Origin: Acidobacteriota bacterium
Lineage (GTDB): Bacteria > Acidobacteriota > UBA6911 > RPQK01 > JAJDTT01
Direction: 5' to 3'
Assembly (NCBI GenBank): GCA_965263035.1
Contig: OZ253580.1
Span: forward strand, 2,944,001-3,008,000
Length of the DNA: 64,000 nt
The notes under the pieces were generated by a model. The model had not been told where the DNA came from. It did not search any database and was given only the letters and a program-made list of their open reading frames with translations. Numbering within the stretch: position 1 is the first letter of the stretch; each line of letters starts with the position of its first letter. Below are positions 20,201 to 27,807 of this stretch, one piece after another. The translations under genes were made by a program, and so were the position numbers.

Positions 20201-20390
20201 CCATCCGGAGATCATACAGCCGGGGACCTCCATGCCCTCGGGATTGTTCGAGCGCGAGGAGAACCGGTGGATCTTCGCTCTGGCGGACCTCCCCATCATG
20301 AAGGACTACGAGAAGGACCACGCCGACCTTGTGCTACGATATATGTTCCAGTTCACGCTGCAGGAACAGCGTCGGCTCAGAGGTCGATGA
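17253..20390 (+). CDS. Large membrane-anchored multiheme cytochrome c (8 CxxCH)
   Basis: CESCH, CSPCH, CMRCH, CWGCH, CMACH, CAGCH, CMGCH, CLRCH. N-terminal TM, coiled-coil stretches, repeated MP distal-ligand motifs. Confidence 0.92.
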   Translation: MVQRLIALLRRPFTRKGSRGPFWERPVPEKDPIVHSTLATPMAVSALLLMVTLIWAFYEEGWGLRPWRAYQDEFVERYSTFLRGLKPRQASQEEEIKSLDGYLDLQRRQQEAEAAVTPQLAEIATEEEAIDTKLRAIEKTFTTARSEVQATIYLIETTSGSTSEGHEEDRERLEQGPFEVLLPGEDAPRELNYAELEGMFNSLKERQGRVRARKAVVLQRPGQIRREMQTYVSNRMDGLTASQVQGLVNSLDDFEYGIQQIHNGDMGLVDRCESCHLGITEPVTIRAADMGGMGLFTSHPRKELLDVHDPEVYGCSPCHNGNGIGTVSAVTGHGRYKHWLWPLYAPENMEAGCMRCHGDAARLDMAPVLSAGREQFRWRGCWGCHPRQGFDQERLALRINQKDVSTLETEKEAVRLLIERTVARADESETNEEASRLYAEADRLTLAVADLDTRADRERQRGRQLLEEVKTPGPNLKEVRVKVRRDWLPGWIENPHTFRPTTKMPRFRLEEDQVQAIAAFVWQSGVNGDLEDQAQGDPELGKVLFETRGCMACHAIGEGDDAVGGTFAANLSRVGDKVHYDYLVRWIHNPRERTFPYCPVHQRDITPEDYASAGKPFGFDLQDNECPLGTHILQVQNPTVMPNLRLSWEESRDIATYLKRQAPGTEYAAAAWLEDSELAPRGRAMVRHFGCAGCHEIATLEEEGKIGTDLTEEGSKPLERLDFALLTKTAKREGWYNHKGFFERKLENPAVYDQGKIKEPLERLRMPNFNLDPEKITQLTTYLLGSVPPEDRVPERYHYRPRDQRSHIQEGWDIVLKYNCMGCHQVAPGQQPVVKSLPLYQQEDWREQLPPPLVGEGARVNPNWLTRFLKNPALDEERPHRNGVRPYLQIRMPTFTLSNGEVEKLVRFFGALAQQPLPYLAKTLDPLSQRELTMARQLFTHPAAPCLRCHATGDPQHDRNATAPSFALVSERLQPDWTRRWMVHPEIIQPGTSMPSGLFEREENRWIFALADLPIMKDYEKDHADLVLRYMFQFTLQEQRRLRGR

Positions 20391-20477
20391 TCCACGATGG
20401 TCCGTGACATTAGGCGTCACGGACCGCAATGCTTAGACCGCCCGTTCGGGATAGACAATCTTCCGGGAGAGAAGACC

Positions 20478-21260
20478 ATGGAGAGAGCAAAGTTCATTTT
20501 CGTATTGATGGTGACTGGACTGCTATTGGCGTCATGCGGCGGCGGTGGCGGGGACGCGGAGCCCGTGGCCGACGAGGCTCCGGCGCCGGCGGCAGACATG
20601 AAGCCGGCTCCCGACCTGTCCCAGGCAGGCTCGGTGGCGGGCAAGGTCAGCTTCGGCGGCACTGCGCCGAAAAACGCCCGCATTCGCATGGATGCCGATC
20701 CGGTCTGCGTCAAGGAGCATTCAGGTATCGTGCGGAGTCAGGATATCCTGATCGGCGATGACGGCGCGTTGCTCAACACGTTCGTCTGGGTCAAGAGTGG
20801 TCTTGAGCAGTATGGCTTCGAGACGCCTGCCGAACCGGTCAGCCTGGACCAGAAGGGTTGCATCTATTCGCCCCACGTCCTGGGAATACAGACTCGGCAG
20901 AAGCTCCATGTGCTCAACAGCGACGGAACCACGCATAACGTTCATCCCCTTCCCAGGAACAACCGGGAGTGGAACCAGTCGCAGCGGGCCAAGGGCAAGC
21001 CTCTCATCCGGTCGTTCCCTCGCGCCGAGGTCATGATTCCGGTCAAGTGCAACGTGCATCCCTGGATGAAGAGCTATATCGGCGTCGTGCCGCATCCGTA
21101 CTTTTCCGTCACGGGAACCGACGGGGCCTTCGAGATCAAGAACCTGCCGCCGGGCGACTATGTCATCGAAGCATGGCACGAGAAGTTCGGAGCCCAGGAA
21201 CGGCAGGTGACGGTCCAGGCCAGCGAGGCCAAGGAAGTCAGCTTCGAGTTCTCCGGCTGA
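20478..21260 (+). CDS. Lipoprotein with cupredoxin-like and carboxypeptidase-regulatory-like domains
   Basis: Lipobox LLASC; DQKGC..PHV, HNVH, KCNVHPWM and LPPGDYVIEAWHE motifs. Confidence 0.8.
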   Translation: MERAKFIFVLMVTGLLLASCGGGGGDAEPVADEAPAPAADMKPAPDLSQAGSVAGKVSFGGTAPKNARIRMDADPVCVKEHSGIVRSQDILIGDDGALLNTFVWVKSGLEQYGFETPAEPVSLDQKGCIYSPHVLGIQTRQKLHVLNSDGTTHNVHPLPRNNREWNQSQRAKGKPLIRSFPRAEVMIPVKCNVHPWMKSYIGVVPHPYFSVTGTDGAFEIKNLPPGDYVIEAWHEKFGAQERQVTVQASEAKEVSFEFSG

Positions 21261-21347
21261 TCCGCATTCTTCGAGCATATTCGGGCCGACGGTCGGAATA
21301 CCGGTAGCCGTCGTGCCCGCGTCTGTTTTTCACACGGCAGTTCCCGC

Positions 21348-22289
21348 GTGGGAACCCAGAGTCTTCATATGGTGCATAGATTCGCGGTGGTGACCGCGGT
21401 GGCCACTTTCCTCCTGTTGGTGGCGGGAGCCCTGGTCACCAGTAACGACGCCGGCCTTTCGGTTCCGGACTGGCCCCTCTCCCACGGGAGTCTCATGCCC
21501 GAGATGGTGGGAGGTGTCTTCTACGAGCATTCCCACCGCTTGATCGCTGCGACGGTGGCGATTCTGACCTTGATTCTGGCTATCTGGCTGGGGCGTGTCG
21601 AGCGGCGCCGGCAGGTCCGGCGCCTGGCCTGGACCGCCGTAGGAATGGTCTTGGCCCAAGCTCTGCTGGGCGGCCTCACCGTACTGCTCTACCTGCCCGT
21701 CGCCATTTCGGTCCTGCATGCCTGTCTCGCCCAGCTGTTCTTCTGCACCGTGGCGGTCATCGCTCTGGTCACGTCTCCGGCCTGGAGGAACCGCAGCCTT
21801 TCCCGCTTTTGTCCCGGGGAAGACCGGAAAGAGGCTATTTTCTGCGGGTTGGCCACGGGGGCCGTCTACCTCCAGTTGATTCTGGGTGCGCTGGTCCGGC
21901 ACACGGGGGCCGCCGAGGGCAGCAAGGGAGTCACTCTGGTGACGCACCCGCTCCTGGCCCACCTGGGCGGCGCTGTCGTGGCGGGGGGCCTGCTGCTGAT
22001 GGCGGCGGCCAAGGTGCTCAGGAGTCCGAGCCTCAGGGGGTTTTCGGGCGGGGCGTACGCCCTCGTTTTTCTGGTGATGCTTCAGTTCCTGGTGGGTTTT
22101 GGTGCATTATGGGCGCGCGTCGTGAGAATGGGAGCAACGCAGCCGTTCCCGTTGGGCGTCCTTCTCACTACCTCGCACTTGGCGTTGGGGGCAATCCTGC
22201 TGGCAACGGGCCTGCTGCTCACCCTGCAGATCTCATTTTCGAACGCCGGTGATGCCGCGGAGTCGACTGCCGCGCCGGCGAGCCTTTGA
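21348..22289 (+). CDS. ctaA: Heme A synthase (CtaA/COX15)
   Basis: GLSVPDWP, YEHSHR, QALLGGLTV and LH motifs; ~8 TM helices. Confidence 0.88.
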   Translation: MGTQSLHMVHRFAVVTAVATFLLLVAGALVTSNDAGLSVPDWPLSHGSLMPEMVGGVFYEHSHRLIAATVAILTLILAIWLGRVERRRQVRRLAWTAVGMVLAQALLGGLTVLLYLPVAISVLHACLAQLFFCTVAVIALVTSPAWRNRSLSRFCPGEDRKEAIFCGLATGAVYLQLILGALVRHTGAAEGSKGVTLVTHPLLAHLGGAVVAGGLLLMAAAKVLRSPSLRGFSGGAYALVFLVMLQFLVGFGALWARVVRMGATQPFPLGVLLTTSHLALGAILLATGLLLTLQISFSNAGDAAESTAAPASL

Positions 22290-22336
22290 ATGAGGGTCGG
22301 CGCCCCGGCCCAACCTGACGGCGTCCGTTACCGGAG

Positions 22337-23188
22337 TTGGACCGCATGTTGGCTTATCTGGAGTTGACGAAGCCTCGGGTCACGCTGATGGTGGCCCTGA
22401 CGGCCCTGGTCAGCTTCTATCTGGCTTCCACCAGCATCGATCTCGTTCTTCTGGTCCACACCATCGTGGGGACGACGCTCCTGGCCGCAGGTTGTGCGGT
22501 CTCGAACCAGTACCTGGAGCGAGACGTGGACGCGCGAATGCAACGGACCCGAAGCAGGCCGCTGCCGTCGGGCCGGATCACGCCGGCGAAGGCCCTGATT
22601 TTCGGAGTGGTCCTCACCTTGGGCGGAGGGCTCTATCTGGGGGCGACGGCGAATCTGCTCACCGCAGGCTTGGGATTGGCGTCCGCCGCGCTCTACCTTT
22701 TCGGCTACACACCCTTCAAGAAAAAGTCGCCCCTCTGTACCACCATCGGCGCCTTCCCGGGTGCGGCTCCCGTGCTCCTGGGCTGGGCGGGAGCCAGAGG
22801 CACGTTGGATCCGGAGGCGTGGATCCTCTTCGCCATGCTCTTCCTCTGGCAGTATCCTCATTTTCTGGCGATCGCGTGGGTCTACCGGGACGACTATCGG
22901 CGAGGGGGGTTCCGGATGTTGCCTAAGATGGACCCCGGGGGAAGGAAGACAGCGCGGCAGATCCTGATCTTCATCCTGCTGTTGGTACCCGTCAGCCTGC
23001 TTCCAACCCAGGTGGGGCTCAGCAGCTCTCTGTACGCGGCCGGCGCCATCGTCCTGGGGGGTGTGCTCCTCTGGTCAGGCCTCCGTGTGAGCAGGACCCG
23101 GTCCCGCGCCGCGGCTCTCAATCTCCTCAAGACCTCCGTGGTCTATCTCCCCCTCCTCATGGCCCTGATGGCGCTGGATCGGATCTGA
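22337..23188 (+). CDS. ctaB: Heme O synthase (protoheme IX farnesyltransferase)
   Basis: LTKPR, NQYLERDVDARMQRTRSRPLPSG, WQYPHF and DDYRRGG motifs. Confidence 0.95.
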   Translation: MDRMLAYLELTKPRVTLMVALTALVSFYLASTSIDLVLLVHTIVGTTLLAAGCAVSNQYLERDVDARMQRTRSRPLPSGRITPAKALIFGVVLTLGGGLYLGATANLLTAGLGLASAALYLFGYTPFKKKSPLCTTIGAFPGAAPVLLGWAGARGTLDPEAWILFAMLFLWQYPHFLAIAWVYRDDYRRGGFRMLPKMDPGGRKTARQILIFILLLVPVSLLPTQVGLSSSLYAAGAIVLGGVLLWSGLRVSRTRSRAAALNLLKTSVVYLPLLMALMALDRI

Positions 23189-23201
23189 GGGAAGGACGCC
23201 T

Positions 23202-24179
23202 GTGCTAACGCCTGCCTCCCAGCCCACGGGGCCCGAATCGAAGGCCAAGGCCGCCGCTTCGGCAGCCTTCGTCGAGGTCCGGGATCTCGCCTTCCGTTAC
23301 GGTGACCGAAAGGCCCTGGACGGGATCAGCTTTTCCCTGGACCGGCGGCGGATTCTGGGGCTGTTGGGACCCAACGGCTCCGGAAAGACCACCCTTTTCC
23401 GGATTCTCTGCACGTTGTTGCAACCTCAGGCCGGACAGGTGCGGTTGGCGGGTCTGGATCTGGAGAGGGATCCGGCCGGGGTCCGGCGCCGCATGGGTGT
23501 CGTCTTCCAGACCAACAGTCTCGACCAGGAATTGACCGTGGCCGAGAATCTGGCTTGCCAGGGCCACCTGCATGGTCTACGCGGCGCACGTCTCAAAGGC
23601 AGGATCGACGAGTTGGTGGAGCGGTTCGATCTCGGTGGGAGGCGGAACTCCCGCATCCGAAGTCTTTCCGGCGGGATGCGGCGGCGGGCCGAACTGGCCA
23701 AAGGGCTGTTGCATCGTCCCCAGATCCTGCTGCTGGATGAGCCCACGGCGGGGCTGGATCCTCATATTCGCCAAGAATTCTGGGAACATCTGACCGACCT
23801 TCGCGACTCGGCCGGGATCACCATCCTCTTCACGACCCATCTGATGGAAGAAGCGGAGGTTTGCGATCGCCTCGTCATCCTGGACCAGGGGCGGGTCGTG
23901 ACCGAGGGGAGCCCGGTGGAGCTCAAGGAAAGGATCGGAGGCGACGTGATCGTCCTGCGTTCCCGCGACCCCAATAGTCTGAAAGCGCGAATCCAGGGGC
24001 GGTTTCAGAGTTCCGTATCGGTGGTGAACGGGGCGGTCCGGATGGAACAGCATCGAGGCCACGAGCTGATCCGGGATCTGATGGAAGAGTTCTCGGGTGA
24101 GATCCAGGCGATCTCGCTGGGCAAACCGACCCTGGAAGACGTCTTCATCCGGGAGACGGGCCGAGAATTTCAAGGCTAG
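23202..24179 (+). CDS. ABC transporter ATP-binding protein (DrrA/NodI-like)
   Basis: GPNGSGKTT, LSGGM, LLLDEPT and C-terminal PTLEDVF motifs. Confidence 0.92.
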   Translation: MLTPASQPTGPESKAKAAASAAFVEVRDLAFRYGDRKALDGISFSLDRRRILGLLGPNGSGKTTLFRILCTLLQPQAGQVRLAGLDLERDPAGVRRRMGVVFQTNSLDQELTVAENLACQGHLHGLRGARLKGRIDELVERFDLGGRRNSRIRSLSGGMRRRAELAKGLLHRPQILLLDEPTAGLDPHIRQEFWEHLTDLRDSAGITILFTTHLMEEAEVCDRLVILDQGRVVTEGSPVELKERIGGDVIVLRSRDPNSLKARIQGRFQSSVSVVNGAVRMEQHRGHELIRDLMEEFSGEIQAISLGKPTLEDVFIRETGREFQG

Positions 24180-24338
24180 GAGTCTGCGCGGTAGAAATGA
24201 TCGTAGCGAGAAAGTGGGGAATCGAGGCCGGATTTTCTCGATTTTGAGGTGCATAGTTGTTCTATTCGCCGAGAAATCGGGGAAATATGGACCGATTCTA
24301 CCGCTTTCGCAGTAGATCAATTTCTGCGGCGCAGGCTC
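24180..24338. mobile_element. MITE family B, copy 1 (159 bp)
   Basis: TIRs GAGTCTGCGCGGTAGAAAT / ATTTCTGCGGCGCAGGCTC, flanks CTAG and TTAG, near-identical inverted copy at 63683-63841. Confidence 0.88.
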
Positions 24339-24821
24339 TTAGGCCGAGGCGATTTCCCGATAGCGGCCCCGGTAGAATAGAAGGGGTTCCGCCTCGGAGT
24401 CACCGAGACGGGCGACTCGGACTTCCCCTACCAGGATCACGTGATCTCCTCCGGCATACTGGTGGACGGTCTCGCACTCGAACCAGGCCATGGATCCCGT
24501 CACCACGGGGACACCCGTCCGACCGGGAGCATAGGGCCCCTGAGACCGGTCGGTTCCGCGGCTGGCGAAATGATTGGAAACGTCCTGCTGGTCTCTTGTC
24601 AGGATGTTTACGGCGAAGCGGCCGCTCTCCAGGAAGATGTCCAGTCCGGTGAGGCCGTTGTCCAGACAGATCAGGACCAGCGGGGGATCCAGGGAAACGG
24701 AAGTGAAAGAGTTGACGGTGAGGCCGTAGGGGCCGCCCTCCCGATCCTGAGTCGTGACCACCATCACGCCCGTGGCGAAACAACCGGCAACCTTGCGAAA
24801 AAGATCCGCAGAGACTTCCAT
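24339..24821 (-). CDS. Flavin reductase family protein
   Basis: FATGVMVVT, NSFTSVSLDPPL, GDHVILVG and PLLFYRG motifs. Confidence 0.93.
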   Translation of the reverse strand: MEVSADLFRKVAGCFATGVMVVTTQDREGGPYGLTVNSFTSVSLDPPLVLICLDNGLTGLDIFLESGRFAVNILTRDQQDVSNHFASRGTDRSQGPYAPGRTGVPVVTGSMAWFECETVHQYAGGDHVILVGEVRVARLGDSEAEPLLFYRGRYREIASA

Positions 24822-24939
24822 GCGTCCTCAGGAGGCGAGACTATACCAGTTGGTTTCTTCCGGGACCAACTGCCGGACTCGTCGGCGACAGGTGTTTCCG
24901 TACTGGTTCCGGCAATTGAGAAACACTCGAGGTGACCGG

Positions 24940-25479
24940 ATGCCGAGAAGCTTCTTCATAACGCTCGCCAGCCTGCTGCTGGTCTCGACTTTGGCGCTGG
25001 GGCAAGAGCCGGGAATAGGCGATCGAGTGCCGGAACTCGCAATCGAGAAGTTGCTCCGGGGCCCGGCCGACAATGATCTGAGTTGGAGGACCCTGGAGGG
25101 GCGGGCGGTGGTTCTGGAGTTCTGGGCCACATGGTGCGGACCGTGTGTACGAGCCATCCCTCATCTCAACGAACTCACGGAGAGATTCTCGGACCAGCCC
25201 GTCCGGTTCGTCTCCATAACGGACGAGGAAGAAGCCGTCATCCGACCCTTCCTGGAATCTCAGCCCATATCCGGCTGGGTTGGATTGGATCTCGACAGGT
25301 CCGTCTTTCGGGATTACGCGGTGGTAGGCGTCCCTCATATGGTGCTGGTGGACAAGGAAGGCCTCATTCGAGCGGTCACTATGTCCGACCGCGTGACCGA
25401 AAAGACCTTGCTCGATCTGATCGAGGGTCGAATTCCCGACGTGGTTCGGTTCACGGACCACGACTCGTCTGTTCCGTAG
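24940..25479 (+). CDS. Exported TlpA-like redoxin, possibly a truncated larger fusion
   Basis: Signal peptide and LEFWATWCGPC motif. The frame stays open for 53 codons beyond the TAG. Confidence 0.8.
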   Translation: MPRSFFITLASLLLVSTLALGQEPGIGDRVPELAIEKLLRGPADNDLSWRTLEGRAVVLEFWATWCGPCVRAIPHLNELTERFSDQPVRFVSITDEEEAVIRPFLESQPISGWVGLDLDRSVFRDYAVVGVPHMVLVDKEGLIRAVTMSDRVTEKTLLDLIEGRIPDVVRFTDHDSSVP

Positions 25480-25799
25480 TCGAGTCGAGATAAAGGAATC
25501 ACTTATGGAGACGCCCGCAGGAAAAACGATGGACGACAGTACCTATACTTTGCGCTGCTGGAACGAGTTCAGAATCACCCGGCCTTGACGTCTTTTCACC
25601 TGTCCTGGTCCACGGGCCTCGTGGTGGCCGTCAAGGGTTAGGATCGGAGATCATAGACGGGCGTTTCCTGCCCCTGCCGAGATGAACTCCGGACGGTCAA
25701 CTCTCCCGCTCCTGATCCGAACCATGCCGGAACGAAACCGAAAGATACGGAACTCTCCCTCGCTTCGACTGCCCATCCACATACCACGAATGGACCTCG

Positions 25800-26147
25800 T
25801 CAACTGTCGATGAGCCGGGTCAGCATGTGCCGGACGTGATCCTGTCCCCCGAAGAACACTGCCAGGAGACGTACGCTCTCGTTTTCTTCATCGACGTCAA
25901 ACCAGTAAATCGCACGATTGATCGTCAGATGCCGCAGTCCCGGCAGAATATCGTCGTGACGTTCGCCTCGGTGCGGCGCAGTCAAAATGCGATCAGCGGT
26001 CGCACGGATTTCCAGAACCCGTGCCTCGGCATGCTCGATCGCATTCTCTGCACTCTCGCCGAAGCTGATGTAGCTTTCGAGGAGATGGTCGAATATCAGC
26101 CCGAAATCTCGTTCGGCCTCCGCCGAAAACTCAAGCTGAAACGCCAT
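25800..26147 (-). CDS. Type II toxin, RelE/ParE family
   Basis: FSAEAERDF...P.RG.RH.DILPGLR...VRLLAVF pattern; overlaps the antitoxin gene. Confidence 0.85.
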   Translation of the reverse strand: MAFQLEFSAEAERDFGLIFDHLLESYISFGESAENAIEHAEARVLEIRATADRILTAPHRGERHDDILPGLRHLTINRAIYWFDVDEENESVRLLAVFFGGQDHVRHMLTRLIDS

Positions 26148-26406
26148 GGGTACGGCGTTTGTCGGCAAGCATCCTGCTCAACCGCTCGTCCATTTCTTCC
26201 GCTCCGACAAACTCGCCGGACCGGCGGCGGGACAGGAGTTCGTAAAGCGCCCTGCGCTCCAGGTCTTCGACTTCCAAACGCTGTCGCAGTTGTTCAATAC
26301 CTTGCTGAATGACCGCGCTGACACTCGCGTACCGCCCGGTGTCCACCAACGCCCTGGCAAAGGCGTGTTGCTCATCTGTGAGAGAGATCGAGGATTTAAC
26401 CGTCAA
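26131..26406 (-). CDS. Type II antitoxin, ParD (RHH) family
   Basis: SISLT...LVDTGRYASVSAVIQQGI pattern; TTG start after an AGGAGG RBS. Confidence 0.85.
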   Translation of the reverse strand: MTVKSSISLTDEQHAFARALVDTGRYASVSAVIQQGIEQLRQRLEVEDLERRALYELLSRRRSGEFVGAEEMDERLSRMLADKRRTHGVSA

Positions 26407-26493
26407 GAGGCACCCTCCTGGCGCTACGGTAGCACTGGGTAGCACTGACAGCAATCCGTGTCCGGGACGATTGTCGGCCTGGAACCTTTCCCC

Positions 26494-27807
26494 CTACGCC
26501 AAAGGAAGCACCAGCAAGGCTCTGCAGCCTGGCGTCTCCTTCCGGTTGGTCAGGCTGAGGAAGCCGCCGTGGGCTTCCTCGATCTGCCGGGCCAGGACCA
26601 GGCCGATGCCGCTTCCCTGGGGCTTGGTGGTGAAGAAGGGGACGAACAGGTTGGCGGTGTCGGCCAGTCCCTTCCCCTCGTCCTCCACCGAGACTTCCAA
26701 CTGGTCGCCGACCCGTCTCCAGCCGATGCTGGCGCCCCCTCCGGTCTCCGCGACGGCGTCGACGGCGTTCCGGACCAGGTTGATCAGCAGTTGCTCCAAC
26801 TGATCCGGGTCGGCCCGAACTCGGACCGGCCGGCCGGCTCGAATCGCCACTGGCATCCGGGTCTCCAGACTCACTACCTTGCGGACCGAGTTCTCGATGG
26901 AGACCGGACGCTTGTTCGGGGCCGGCAGCCGGGCGAGCCGGGAATAGGCGCCCATGAACCGGCTCAGCGCCTGGGACCGGGAGGAGATGACGTGCAGGCC
27001 CTCCCGCAGGTCCTGCTCCCGGTCCGAGTTCGAAAGGTCCTTCTCCAAGAGGGATTCGAGACTCCCGGCGATAGACTTGATGGGGGTCAACGAGTTGTTC
27101 AACTCGTGTCCCAACACCCGGATCAGACGCCGCCAGGCTTGCCGCTCCTCCTCTCGCAGGGTCTGGTTCAGGTCCGCCAGGACCACCAAATGATGTGGCC
27201 TCCCCTCCTCGCGAAACACGGTCCGGCGCATTCCCCAGCGGCCGCTGCCTCCGGGCAAATGGATTCGGAGTGTCCGGACCGGCGCTCCCTTCAGGCAGTC
27301 CTTCAGATCCAGCTCCGCCGCCCTCTTCTCCAGCGCTTCCCCTCCCGGAATTCCCAGGAGCCTCTGGCCGGTCCGGTTGATGAGGCGCAGGCGCTGTCCG
27401 TCGTCGAACGCGAAGACCGCCACGTCGATCTCCTTCATCACCTTTTGCAGCAGGGCGGCCGCCTCGACCGCTCCCAGGCGTTGCCGGCGCAGGACCTCGC
27501 CCAGGACGTTCAGTTCCGCGGCGAACTCGCCCAGTCCCTTGTCCGCTCCGGCCCGGGCCCGGATGGAGAAGTCCCCTTCACGAAGCGCCGAGACCACGTT
27601 GGCGAGGGTCTGAAACTGAAACGTCAACTTCCGGTACAGCAGGATCAGGCCGCCCGCCAAGGCTCCCACGGACAGCAGCGAGAGGCCGTAGCGCACGCGC
27701 GGCTCGTGATCGCCGGTCCAGAGCAGGACCAGCAGTGCGGCGCAGGCGGGGAGGGCGGCGGCAAGGGAGATCAGGATGATCCGCGCCTGGAAGCCGAGCC
27801 GGTTCAT
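26494..27807 (-). CDS. Sensor histidine kinase (TM-HAMP-PAS-HisKA-HATPase)
   Basis: HELNNSL, NLVRNA, DEGKG, FFTTK and GSGIGL motifs. Confidence 0.93.
   Translation of the reverse strand: MNRLGFQARIILISLAAALPACAALLVLLWTGDHEPRVRYGLSLLSVGALAGGLILLYRKLTFQFQTLANVVSALREGDFSIRARAGADKGLGEFAAELNVLGEVLRRQRLGAVEAAALLQKVMKEIDVAVFAFDDGQRLRLINRTGQRLLGIPGGEALEKRAAELDLKDCLKGAPVRTLRIHLPGGSGRWGMRRTVFREEGRPHHLVVLADLNQTLREEERQAWRRLIRVLGHELNNSLTPIKSIAGSLESLLEKDLSNSDREQDLREGLHVISSRSQALSRFMGAYSRLARLPAPNKRPVSIENSVRKVVSLETRMPVAIRAGRPVRVRADPDQLEQLLINLVRNAVDAVAETGGGASIGWRRVGDQLEVSVEDEGKGLADTANLFVPFFTTKPQGSGIGLVLARQIEEAHGGFLSLTNRKETPGCRALLVLPLA

Noticed and set aside
24097-24320. Short ORFs shared between 24.1-24.3 kb and 63.7-63.9 kb, and between 4.5-4.9 kb and 59.5-59.9 kb
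   Set aside because: They are translations of MITE copies, not conserved proteins
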